From an uncultured Holophagales bacterium (lineage in GTDB: Bacteria > Acidobacteriota > Thermoanaerobaculia > Multivoradales > UBA5704), in NCBI GenBank assembly GCA_963842525.1, contig CAWJGT010000001.1, positions 64,001 through 128,000 of the forward strand: a stretch of DNA of 64,000 nt. Direction: 5' to 3'. The position numbers were made by a program, and so were the translations under genes. The notes under the pieces were generated by a model. The model worked only from the letters and a program-made list of their open reading frames with translations, had not been told where the DNA came from and ran no database searches. Within the stretch, counting starts at the first letter, position 1; each line of letters begins with the position of its first letter. Shown here in pieces: positions 10,116 through 20,399 of this stretch.

Positions 10116-12530
10116 ATGGGACTTCTTCGCGACCTCCGCCATGCCGTCCGGACGCTGACTGGCCATCCCGGCTACACCGCGGCTGCGGTGCTCACTCTGG
10201 CGCTGGGGATCGGGGCCAACACGGCGATCTTCAGCGTCGTCGATGCGGTGCTGCTGCGCCCGCTGCCCTTCCCGGAGCCGGACCGGCTGGTCGACGTGCT
10301 GGCCGTCCGGTCGGGACCGGAGACGGACCGGGTAGCGATCAGCCCGGCGGACTTCCTTGCCTGGCGTGCCCAGGGGCGGGTGTTCCAGGACCTCGGCGCC
10401 TATGTCCCCTTCGGCAGGCTCGACTGGACGGGCGGCCCGGAGCCGGTGCGGCTGTCGCGGCATCTGGTGTCCGAGGGGCTGCTCGCCGCGCTGGGGGTGC
10501 GGCCGGCGCACGGCCGGCTGTTCGCCGCGGAGGAATACCAGGAAGGCGCCCGCCGTGTGGCTTTGCTCAGCGACCGGCTGTGGCGGACCCGGCTCGGGGC
10601 TGATCCGGCAGCGGTCGGCCGCAGCCTGACCCTGGGCGGTGAGGTCTACGTGGTCGTCGGCGTCCTGCCGCGCGATTTCCGTATCCGCGGCGGCGAGCCG
10701 GACCTCCTGCTGCCGCTCGCCTTCGGGCCGGCGGCGGCGGCCGACCGTGAGTCCTCCTATCTCGGCGCGATCGGCCGGCTGCGTCCGGGGGTGTCGCTGG
10801 AGCAGGCACGCCTCGCGATGGGCAAGGACTTCAAGGACGGCAAGGACACCAACGATCAGACGATGACGGCCAGCCTGGTGCCTCTGCATGAGGTGATGGC
10901 TGGGCCGGCCCGGACAGCTCTCTTCGTGCTCTTTGGCGCCGTGGTCTTCGTGCTGCTGATTGCCTGCGCCAATGTGTCCGGCCTGCAGCTCGTGCGCGCT
11001 GCGTCGCGCCAGCCGGAGATCGTGCTGCGCTCGGCGCTCGGCGCGGACCGGAGACGCCTGGCGCGGCAGCTCCTGGTGGAGAGCGGCGTCCTGGCCGTCC
11101 TCGGCGGACTGGGCGGCGTGCTCCTTGCGGTCCTGGCTCTCCGGCTGTTGCCCGACGCGCGGGGCGTCTACCTTCCGCGGGACGTGGAGCTGGGCGTCGA
11201 CCTGCGGGTGCTCGGTTTCACCTTGATCCTGACGCTGCTCGCCGGGCTGGTCTCCGGGCTCGCACCGGCCCTGCGCGGCTCGCGGGCCGACCTGCGCGCG
11301 GCGTTCCAGGCCGGGGCCGCGGGGTCGCAGGAAGGCGGCACGTCGCGCCTCCAGGACAGCTTCGTCGTGGCCGAGATCGCCCTGGCCCTGGTGCTGCTCT
11401 GCGGCGCCGGCCTGATGCTCCGGTCCTTCGTGCGCCTGCTGGGCGAAGACCCCGGCTTCGAGCCGCGGCACGTGCTGACGATGGAGATCGAGGTGCCGGC
11501 GGCGCGGTACCCTGAGGCCGCCCAGGCCGCGGCGTTCTACGCCGGGCTGCTCGACCGCCTCGGGCACCTGCCCGGCGTGACGGCTGCCGGTGCCGCGAAG
11601 GAGCTGCCTCCCGACACGCCCTGGGGCTTCCGCCCCGTGCTGGAGGGCCGGGAAGAGCCGGAAGAACCCCAGGAGTCACTCGCGGGCTGGCAGCTCGTCA
11701 CGCCGGGCTATTTCGCAGCCATGGGCACCCCCGTGCTGCGCGGCCAGGCCTTCACCCTGAGCGACCGGGAAGGGAGCCGGCCGGTGACGGTGATCAACGA
11801 GAGTGCCGCCCGCCGCTTCTTCCCGGAGGTCGACCCTGTCGGCCGGCGGGTGCGGTTCAATGACATCTGGCACGAGGTGGCCGGTGTGGTGCGGGACCAG
11901 AAGACCCCGGGCGAAGCGGCTGGCGGCTCGCCGGTCTTCTACTTCGCCCATGCGCAGCTCCCGGTGCCGTCCGATTTCCTGCGTACCATGGCCATCGCGG
12001 TGCGCACGGAGAAGGACCCGCTCGCCCTCGCCGCCGCGGTGCGCCGCACGCTCTGGTCGCTCGACGCGGACCTGCCGGCGGCGGAGCTCCAGCCGCTGGA
12101 GCAGCGCCTCGTCGGCGGGCTCTTCTTCGCCCGCTCCCACTTCAACACCGTGCTCCTGGTGCTCTTCGCCGGCCTCGCTCTGCTCCTGGCGATGATCGGG
12201 ATCGCCGGCCTCCTCTCCTACCGGGTGCGCCGCCGCACCCGCGAGCTCGGCATCCGGATGGCGCTCGGTGCGCAGCGGGCCGACCTCCTGCGGCTGGTGA
12301 TGGCGCACGGCCTCGCCCTGACTCTCGTCGGGCTCGTCCTCGGCCTCGCCGGCGCCGTCTCCCTGACCCGCGTCCTGGCGAGCCTCCTCTATGGCCTGGG
12401 CGCTCTCGATCCGCTCACCCTCGGCGCGGTCGTCCTCCTCCTCGCCGCGTCCGCCTCCCTCGCCTGCTATCTCCCCGCCCGCCGCGCCAGCCGTCTCGAG
12501 CCCGTGACGGCGCTGCACGCCGACGTCTAG
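10116..12530 (+). CDS. ADOP-type duplicated ABC permease (MacB/FtsX)
   Basis: [59 protein letters not shown]. Confidence 0.92.
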   Translation: MGLLRDLRHAVRTLTGHPGYTAAAVLTLALGIGANTAIFSVVDAVLLRPLPFPEPDRLVDVLAVRSGPETDRVAISPADFLAWRAQGRVFQDLGAYVPFGRLDWTGGPEPVRLSRHLVSEGLLAALGVRPAHGRLFAAEEYQEGARRVALLSDRLWRTRLGADPAAVGRSLTLGGEVYVVVGVLPRDFRIRGGEPDLLLPLAFGPAAAADRESSYLGAIGRLRPGVSLEQARLAMGKDFKDGKDTNDQTMTASLVPLHEVMAGPARTALFVLFGAVVFVLLIACANVSGLQLVRAASRQPEIVLRSALGADRRRLARQLLVESGVLAVLGGLGGVLLAVLALRLLPDARGVYLPRDVELGVDLRVLGFTLILTLLAGLVSGLAPALRGSRADLRAAFQAGAAGSQEGGTSRLQDSFVVAEIALALVLLCGAGLMLRSFVRLLGEDPGFEPRHVLTMEIEVPAARYPEAAQAAAFYAGLLDRLGHLPGVTAAGAAKELPPDTPWGFRPVLEGREEPEEPQESLAGWQLVTPGYFAAMGTPVLRGQAFTLSDREGSRPVTVINESAARRFFPEVDPVGRRVRFNDIWHEVAGVVRDQKTPGEAAGGSPVFYFAHAQLPVPSDFLRTMAIAVRTEKDPLALAAAVRRTLWSLDADLPAAELQPLEQRLVGGLFFARSHFNTVLLVLFAGLALLLAMIGIAGLLSYRVRRRTRELGIRMALGAQRADLLRLVMAHGLALTLVGLVLGLAGAVSLTRVLASLLYGLGALDPLTLGAVVLLLAASASLACYLPARRASRLEPVTALHADV

Positions 12531-12537
12531 CGCCTTC

Positions 12538-12803
12538 AGCGCCGTGGTGCGGGTCGTGGGCGCCGCGGTGGCCCGCCCCCATACCGTGGTATGGGCCGCT
12601 CACACCGGGGGATGAGCAGCTCATACCGCGGTATGGTATCGCCATACTGGGGTATAGTTGATCCAAACCGCGGTATGAAGATCACATACCCGGGTATGTC
12701 GAGATTGAACCTTGGAACGTTTGCTTCATACCGCGGTATGGTTGACTCGCACCACGGTATGGTGACAACATACCGTAGTTTGGCTGACTCATACCGAGGT
12801 GCG
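12538..12803. repeat. Tandem array with 21-bp period: 14-bp palindrome CATACCGCGGTATG plus 7-bp variable spacer, 13 units (several degenerate)
   Basis: Core starts at 12538, 12559, 12580, 12601, 12622, 12643, 12664, 12685, 12706, 12727, 12748, 12769, 12790; exact copies at 12622 and 12727; no indels. Confidence 0.92.
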
Positions 12804-12857
12804 TGTGGCTCGTACTTTCACCCGGACGAGCCGTTCTGGCCTTGAGGGGAGGAGAGA

Positions 12858-13253
12858 ATGCCGATTCCGACTGCATACCCCGACATCTTTCAGGACTGGA
12901 GCCTACTGCTCGCCGCGGTGCGGAAGAACCTGGAAGCCTTGCCGGGGATCGAGCCGCTGTTTCGCGAGATGGAGAGGGTCGCAGCCGAGGCCAAGTCGCT
13001 CAAGGGGGATCAGGACGAGCTCCAGGCGCGCCGGCAGAAGGCGACGCAGGACCTCAAGGAGAAGATCCGGGAAGGGCGCGATCTGGCGATCGTCCTGCGT
13101 GGGATCGTCCGCTCGCGGCTCGGACCCCGCAACGAGAGGCTGGTGCAGTTCGGGATCGCACCCATCCGGAAGCGCGGGCCCCGCTCGCGCGGGAAGGCCG
13201 CCGGGAACAGCGATGCCTCGCAGCCGGCGAACGAGGAGCCGCAGGCCGAGTGA
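12858..13253 (+). CDS. Hypothetical alpha-helical/coiled-coil protein (131 aa) with basic C-terminal tail
   Basis: Strong RBS GGGGAGGAG; helical pattern followed by LGPRNERLVQFGIAPIRKR. Confidence 0.8.
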   Translation: MPIPTAYPDIFQDWSLLLAAVRKNLEALPGIEPLFREMERVAAEAKSLKGDQDELQARRQKATQDLKEKIREGRDLAIVLRGIVRSRLGPRNERLVQFGIAPIRKRGPRSRGKAAGNSDASQPANEEPQAE

Positions 13254-13299
13254 GGGTCGAGGCGGCAAGGAAAGCCCTCTCCCCCTGGCCCCATACGCG

Positions 13300-14244
13300 C
13301 TAGCTTTGCGCCGGAGGTCGGGTCGTGCGAAGCGCCTGGTAGAGGCCTTCGAAGAGGGCGGTCCCGTGGCGCTCCAGCTCGGCGTCGGGCCAGCCGGCCG
13401 CGGCCCAGCCGCGCAGGACGGCGTCGATGCCTGCGGCCTCGGGGGAGGCCGGGCCGTCCCGCAGGTCGATCTCGTGGACGACGGCGGCGAGGGCCCGGAG
13501 GGCAGGCTCGTCGAGGCGGAAAGCCGCGAGCAGGGTCTCGAAGGTGCAAAGGTTGCCGCTGTGGCCGAACTCGGCCTCCCGCATGTCGAACGAGACCTCT
13601 CCCGCGGCGGGCTCGTCGGCGTAGCGGACCACGGCCTCCGTATCGATGAAGCGGCGGATCAGCCAGATCGAAGCCAGACGGTCGACGTGCGGGCGCGGCC
13701 GGGTCGCCCAGGTCCGGCCGCGGTAGCGCGCGAGGTCGGCCTGCGGCACCTCGCGAGGGGCGGCCTCCTCGCCGGCGATCGCCTCCGCGAGCCGGTTCAG
13801 GGCCGCGGCAGCTTCTGTGCCCTCCGGTGCCTGGAAGAAGTCGATGCGCGCCACCTCGGCCTGGCGGCGGCGCAGGCGTTCCAGCCGATCGCGGAATCCG
13901 GCGCGGTCGTCGTTCGCTGCGCGGGCGCTGCCGGCCGCTTCATCGGCCTCGGCGGCGATCTTCCGGTAGTCCTCGTCACGGGCGGCGCGGGAGAGCTCGA
14001 TCACCCGCGCCTCGGCCTTGTCCTCCAGCCGCTCGGCATGGAGCACCAGCGCCTCGCCGCCCCCGTCGCGGATCTCCTGCGCCAGCCAGTCGAAGGCCTC
14101 CCTGCTCTCGGCGCCGTCCGGCAGCAGGTAGAGCGAGCCGGTGGGCGAGACTGCTCCGAGCTGGCGCAGCCGCCGCCACACCGCCACGCGCTTGCTGGAC
14201 GAGGCGGGGGAGGGGAGGGAGTAGGCGAGGCCGACCCAGCGCAT
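13300..14244 (-). CDS. chrB: Chromate resistance protein ChrB-like
   Basis: RVAVWRRLRQLGA, WATRPRPHVDRLASIWLIRRFID, FDMREAEFGHSGNLCTFE. Confidence 0.88.
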   Translation of the reverse strand: MRWVGLAYSLPSPASSSKRVAVWRRLRQLGAVSPTGSLYLLPDGAESREAFDWLAQEIRDGGGEALVLHAERLEDKAEARVIELSRAARDEDYRKIAAEADEAAGSARAANDDRAGFRDRLERLRRRQAEVARIDFFQAPEGTEAAAALNRLAEAIAGEEAAPREVPQADLARYRGRTWATRPRPHVDRLASIWLIRRFIDTEAVVRYADEPAAGEVSFDMREAEFGHSGNLCTFETLLAAFRLDEPALRALAAVVHEIDLRDGPASPEAAGIDAVLRGWAAAGWPDAELERHGTALFEGLYQALRTTRPPAQS

Positions 14245-14297
14245 GGGGGGAATCCTACCGACCTCACCCCCTGGCCCGCTCGGCCCTCTCTCCCTGC

Positions 14298-15259
14298 CTA
14301 AGACCCCGACCCCGATCCCACCACCCTAAGCGCCGTGGGCGGGCAGAGCGCCTTCGGCGTGTCCGTGGTGAAATTGACACGGCCCGGTGGGGGAGGGACG
14401 ACCTCGAAGAGGAACGGCCTGATGCCCTGCTCGCGGTCGAAACCCTTCACCAGATCATAGAAGACCTCGAAGTCGGCGACCGGCTGGTCGAGCTCATCGG
14501 GCTCTGGCGGCTCGGGGAGCCCGATGTGCTCGAACTCGCGGCTCATGAGCCTCACACGGACTTCGCTCGTCCCATCCGGAGGAGCGAGGAACAGCGTCTG
14601 GGCCGGCTTCCCCTCCTTCTTCATGGAGAGTGCCACGTGTATCGGCACGTTCTCGATGAGGAGCTGCCAGGCTGGCTGCCACTCTCCGGTCCAGGGGGTT
14701 CTGGTCGAGGGGCTCGATCCGGCAGGAATTTTCGCTCAGCGCGTGCGTCGCGAGCGTGCCCCGTTCGAGCTTCACCTGCGTGATGATCCGCCCCTTCCGG
14801 TTCAGGGGGGCCGCGTCGAGGCCGGGCTCGAGGGCTCCGTTGCCGGGGGAGGCCTGTTCCATGGTGACGAGCCAGAACAGAGACCTCTTTCGCCGGGTGT
14901 CGGGTTGTCGACATCGTTTGGCACGCCGGTGAGCAGCTTGAAATCGGAGTGAGCCCGGGAAGAGGCAGGATCTCGATCTTTTCGGTCTCGAGATGGCAGA
15001 TCCCCCGGCCGTCGTTGGTCGAGAGATCTACCGGGCGCGTGCTGGAGGCCTGCCGGTTTTGCAGGTCGAAGTCCAGGATGGGGAAGTGCGGGTCAAGGAT
15101 CTCCTGCTGACCGTTACGCCGGTTGTTCAGCGGGCGCGGCTTGAGCAGGTTGGGCACCAGGATGGTCACGGAGTCGGCGGATTCGAGGCTCGTGTCAAAG
15201 GTCCGGTCTGGAATGACGGCCATCAGGCCGGAGAGGATCATCCGGAAGGTGAAGGGCAT
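14298..15259 (-). CDS. Hypothetical protein downstream of the CHAT gene (frameshifted)
   Basis: AGGAG RBS, ATG 15259; coding-like segments in three successive frames (ORFs 14621-15259, 14494-14862, 14298-14648) ending KALCPPTAL. Confidence 0.55.
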
Positions 15260-16063
15260 TGTCGGTCTCCTGTCGATCGGTCAGGGTTGAAGGGCGTGGG
15301 CCGCGACGACCTCGAAGGCTCCCCAAGTCCAGGGAGCCCTGTGCTTCTCTTCGCGGCCTTCCAGGAACGAGAGATGCGCTTCCCGGAGGGCGCCGACCGG
15401 ATCCGGCCGCGCGAGGAGGCTTTTGTAGAAGACCGCGAAGAAGCGGTCCGCCGTGCGGTCGTCGACGTTCCAGAGGCTGGCGACGACCTGGGGCACGCCC
15501 ACGGCGAGGAAGGCCCGGGCCAGGCTCGTGCCGCCTTCGTCTGCCGCAGGCACGGCGTCCGCGGTGCCGCAGGCGGAGAGCACGACCAGGCGCGTGCCGG
15601 TGAGGTCCAGCCGGTAGATCTCCCAGGCGGAGAGAGCCCGGAATCTCCGGCGCCCGACGGGGCGAGCACGAGCTGGGAGAGGAGAGGGTCCCTGGGATCG
15701 GTGACGGCATGGCCGGCGAAATGGACCATCCCGGAGCGCGGGGCCAGATCCAGGAACGAAGCCTTGGTCGCCTCGGCGCCGCGTACCAGGACCGAGCCGG
15801 GAAGGAGCCGCGCGATCCGGGCCGATTCCTTTTCGGTTCCGCGCAGGGACTCCAGACCCGGCCAGAGATTGACGTTGAACGCCGGATTGCCGATGACGAG
15901 GGCGGCAGGCGGGGGTAGCCCGGCTGGGCTGTCCCGGGCCGGGGAGCGACATACAGGGTCGCGCTCGGCGCGCAGGCAATCCGGTAGTCCTGGATGAGGT
16001 AGCGGCTCGAGCGCGAGTCCCAGAGGGCGGCGAAGGGGACGCCGTGCAGGGCCTTGTCCGGAA

Positions 16064-17720
16064 GTATCTGTTTACCGTCAGCGGCACTTTTGGGGAAGGT
16101 TTTCCCTGGACACACGTCCGCGCTGGCCAGGCGACCTGACGAGGGCGAGCGGCTACCGACCTGGAGCCACGGATAACTCGTGGCGAGAACTGTTACGGTG
16201 GCTGTGACGCAGGAAGTATTGCCTCAAGCTTCGGTAGCTGGGGGCTGCGCAGAAGCTGGGGCAAGATCTCGAGTGTCCCGACTTGGTGTTGCTGAAATGT
16301 GCGCAGGGCACTCATCAAGACCGCTTGCGCCTGGGACCCCTCGGCCGTCCGATTTCCCCCAGATGTCTTGCGGTTGATGACCGCCGGGCGAATCCCTTGT
16401 TCGGCCGGCCAATTGGTCGCCTCCACATCCGTGCGTTCCAGGAAGACAAACAGCTGCTCCTGGTGACGTATCAAATGCTGAGCCAGACGCTGGTTGTCGG
16501 GGTTCGTGAACTGCCCCGACAGACGCCTTTCCATCTGGAGCTCCAAGTTCTGCTTGACCTTCTCCAGCGCCTCGCCGCTGAGCTTGCCCGCGTCCCGCTG
16601 ATCTCGCGCCTCCAAGGCGGCCTGCAGGATCTCTTTCACCGCCCGAGGAAAGCGCACCGCACCCCCTGTCGCCTTCTCCAGCAGCTCCTCGCAACGGCGC
16701 AACAGATGCGCCAGACAGGTCTGATGAGTCGCTTCTTCAAATTTCTGATAGGGAGCCCAACCATCAGCCACCAGCACGCCGACAAAGCCCTCCCCCAGGA
16801 CCTCAGAGGCCTCGGCATAGCCACGACCCGGCTGGATGCTGTAGACCGTCTCGCTGCGATTGGTGAACACCCACAACCACACGCTATAGCCCCCCTCCCG
16901 CCAGCCCGTCTCGTCCGGGTACACCACAGGAGAGGCTCCGGATCTTCGCCTTCAGCTCCTCGTACAAGGGCTCCAGCTTCTTACTCATGCGAAGCAGCGC
17001 GCGGCACAGGGCCGAGCGCGACACAGACAGTCCAGCCACTCCTTCAGCAACGCGGCGATCTTGCCGTAGCTCAAGCCTCCGACCTTGTTGAGCCAGGCGG
17101 CGAGCCCCAACACGTTTGGACCGAGTTGCACGTTGCCGACCCGGAACGCCTGGGAAGTCTGGCGCGGGTGACGCCCCACAGCTTCCCGGCCACATGCCGA
17201 GCACTTCCCATAATGGAGGATGAACTCCGTCGTCACCGGCCGAATCGGCGGCAGATCGGTCTGATACTGGCGAGCTTCGCCCTGCGGAATGACCTGACCC
17301 CCACAGTGCTCACAATACAGCGGGCACTCCACCACGATGGTTTCGTCGACGTGATCGGGCACAGCTCGAGTCGCTTGCTGACCATATTGATCCCCGGCTT
17401 TGCGCCCTGGAGACTTGGGATCCTCGCTCGGATCTCCCTTCGAGAAGGGGGCAGCCTGGCGTTTGCCCCGGCGCCGTAGCTCCTCGACAAGTTTCTCCAG
17501 ATCGACGATTCGGCGCTTCAGGTGCGCAATCTGGCGCTCCTGCTCCTCCACCCGCTGGCGAAGCTCACCGTTGTCTTGGCGAAGCTCAGAGTTCTCTTGA
17601 AGGAGTTCCTCGTAAGTCGGCATGCCTGAAAGACATTAGACCATGCCGAGAAGAGAACTTCAAGCCCTTGCGGACGTGCCACCGCTCGGGGAAGGCGGCA
17701 CTAGGGCGGTAAACAGATAC
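16064..17720 (-). mobile_element. IS66-family insertion sequence with single transposase gene
   Basis: 14-bp terminal inverted repeats GTATCTGTTTACCG / CGGTAAACAGATAC; 8-bp target duplication GTCCGGAA at 16056-16063 and 17721-17728. Confidence 0.93.
16193..17623 (-). CDS. IS66-family transposase (two frameshifts)
   Basis: Coiled-coil N-terminus, CxxC zinc motifs, DETGWR, ADGWAPY, HQTCLAHLLR, TNWPAEQGIRPAVINRK. Confidence 0.88.
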
Positions 17721-20399
17721 GTCCGGAATGAAGACGAGCGTCTCCCCGCGCGCCGCTCCTTCCAGCCAGGGGCGGACGAGCAGCTCGAACAGGGCCGAAG
17801 AGGCCTTCTCCCAGGCTGCGCTGTCGGTGCGGTGGAGGGACCGCAGCGCAGCGACCTGCCGTTGGAGGTCTTCGCTGGAGACCGGCCGGTCGGCAAAGAG
17901 GACGCCCTTGCGCCGGACCCGCCACATGAGCAGCCGCTCGGGCAGGACGGCGTACTGTACCAGGGTGGTGCCGGAGGGGGAGCTCGCGGCGGATGGCTCC
18001 GAGGTCCAGCGGCTGCGGTTCGGCGGCGAGGAGCCTCGTGCGGTCGGCGCTTCCGATGCCCTTGGCCTGCGTGCGCGCCGCCAGAGCCGGCAGGCTGCGG
18101 GTGCGTGCGGTGTCCGCGAAGAGGAAGGCCGCCTCCGGCCGCCTGCGCTCGAACGCCTGGAAGGCGATCATTTCGTCGAACGCCTCCTCCGTCCTGTTCA
18201 GATAGGCGAGCCGCTGGTCCTCGCTGGAGAGCTGGGCGCCGAGCCGTTCATAGGCGGAGAGCGCCGCCTGGAGGTCCTCCTCGGCGCGCTCCAGGTCGCC
18301 GGCCTGCAGGAAGGCACGGGCGCGGAAGCGGTAGACCCAGAGAGTGAGGAAGTTGTGCCCGATCTCCTCATAGAAGCGCAGCGAGGAGGTGAGAAGGGAG
18401 ACGGCTTTCCGGGCATCGCCCGCCAGCATCATCTCGCCCTCGATCATCGAGATGTCGGCCATGGCGCGCCGGCGGGCGGCGCGGTCGGACAGGCGCTCGG
18501 CTCCCTGGCGGGCCAGACCCAGGTCGTGCCAGGCCCCCTGCCGGAGACCGGCCCGGCTCCGCAGGAGGCCGCGCCAGTGGTAGGCTTCGACCAGGGCTTC
18601 CGGAGTCGTCGCCTCCTTCGCCTGGAGCACCGCCTCGTCCTGGAAGCGGAGAGCGGCCTCCAGCTCTCCATCCGCCAAAGCGAGAATTGCCGCATTCGAA
18701 TAGAGGATGTACCTGCGCACGGGATCCTGCTGGGCCGCGGCGTCGCGCAGAGCGCGGTACCGGTAGCTCCAGGCATCCCGCTGGCGGCCGATCTGCTGCA
18801 AGGCTGTGGACAGCAGGCCGTGGACGGCTGCGACGTTGCCCGTCTCTCCGAGGCGCTGGAAGCAGGGGAGCGCCCTCTCATACTCGCGGGCCGCCGCCCT
18901 CGGGTCGCCCTGGTCCGAATGGATCAGGCCCCGCATCCAGAGGACATGGCCAAGGAGCGCTCCATAGGGTGCCTTGACGAGCTTGCGCTGGAGGCTCCCC
19001 AGAGCAACCGCGGACTGGCGCAAGGAACCGAGGCGGTAGGAGCAGGCAGTCCGGTAGAAAACAGCCCGTGCGGCAAAGGGGCTGTCCGCGCGGGCGAGAG
19101 CCTCGCCGGCGGCTGCGAGCTCTTCTGCGGCACCCTCCTGCGCGCCGCGCCGGTACAGGAAAAGGCCTCGCTTATAGGCGCGGTGTCCGGCCACCAGGGA
19201 GGACAGGCGAAGGCTGTCCCGCCGGTCCTTCGCGGCGTCGATCACTGCCACTGCATCGTGGACCAGGCGGTCGCCGCTGGCCCCTGCCAGGGCTCCGCCG
19301 ATCGTGCGGGCCGTCTCCAAAGCCCGGCCCGCCGCGTCCCCGGGCCGGCCCCAGGAGTCCGCCCATTCTCCGAGCAGTCCCTCGGCGCGCTCACGCGCCG
19401 CCTGGGGGTCTTCACCTGCCGCTGCCGCCGGAGGCCGGTCCAGAGCCATCCGCCGCTGCTGCGCCTCCTCGCTCCAGCCCGGCTCCGGGCCGAGCTGAGG
19501 TATGCATCCCAGTCCTCCCGGGCTCCGGCACGCAGGAAGAGGGACTCGGAGAACCGGCCCGGTTGAACAAGGCTTCCGGGAGCGCCGGATCGGCCTTCAG
19601 CGCCCGCTCTACGGCCCCGAGCGCCCGGACCAGATCCCCGGGCTCCTCCCGCTGCCGGGCGCGGAGGAAGTAGGCGGCGGCGAGGTCGTTCCAGGCGGCC
19701 GCGTCGCCAGGGGCGGCGGCCGTGACGCGCTCGAGCCGCCCGACGGCCCCGGCGATCCTCGTCCTGCTCCCCATCACCAGGTCCAGGACGGCCAGGGCAT
19801 GGAGCGCCTGGGGGGACGGCTTCGCCCTGGCCTCCCTCTCGATCTGCTGCAAGGCCTCTTTCAAGCTTGCGCGCTCGGGAGTGCCCAGGTCCGGCAGGCC
19901 GGAGCAACGGGATGCGGGGATCAGCCGGGAGCTGTCCGCCAAGGGCTGGCAGGGAGCGTAGTCGAAGCCTCCCGTCAGGCGTGGCTCCGCGGGCCGGCGT
20001 CCCTCCAGGGCGCGGGCGAGGGCCGGCAGCCCCGCCCCCGAGGCCACCCGCGCTGCCTGCGGGGTGCGCCAGCAGGTATACGCCGCAAGGCTCGCGGCCC
20101 CGAGCGAGAGCGCCGCGACCAGTTGCGATCTCCTCATGGAGACATCCTCGACCGCGCAGCCGGAGCTTACGAAAAAATCTGCCCAGGGGATTCCGGCGGA
20201 TCGCCTCTCATCGTACCAGAAGGCCTCGAGGTCGGGCGAGAGGCTGGTCGTTGCGCGGTGCATGACGGTCTCTTTCGCTTCGATAGACGGCTCCGCGTCC
20301 CCTTTTTCCCGCGCTGAAAAGACGCGACCGCGTCCGTCTGTAGAGACAGACAGTGAGCCAGCGCAACCGAACGCCATCTGCTATGACAAGGAGGCAATC

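Larger units (their letters stand above)
15281..20137 (-). pseudogene. TPR-CHAT (caspase-like) protein gene interrupted by an IS66-family element
   Basis: TPR segments (AWNDLAAAY, EALFNRA); CHAT motifs FIPD|KALHGVPFAALWD across the IS, VHFAGHA, LVVLSACGT, VVASLWNVDD, PWTWGAF; additional frameshifts. Confidence 0.85.

Noticed and set aside
12538-12803. CRISPR array
   Set aside because: Repeat is 14 bp and spacers are 7 bp, far below CRISPR sizes, and no cas genes are in the window
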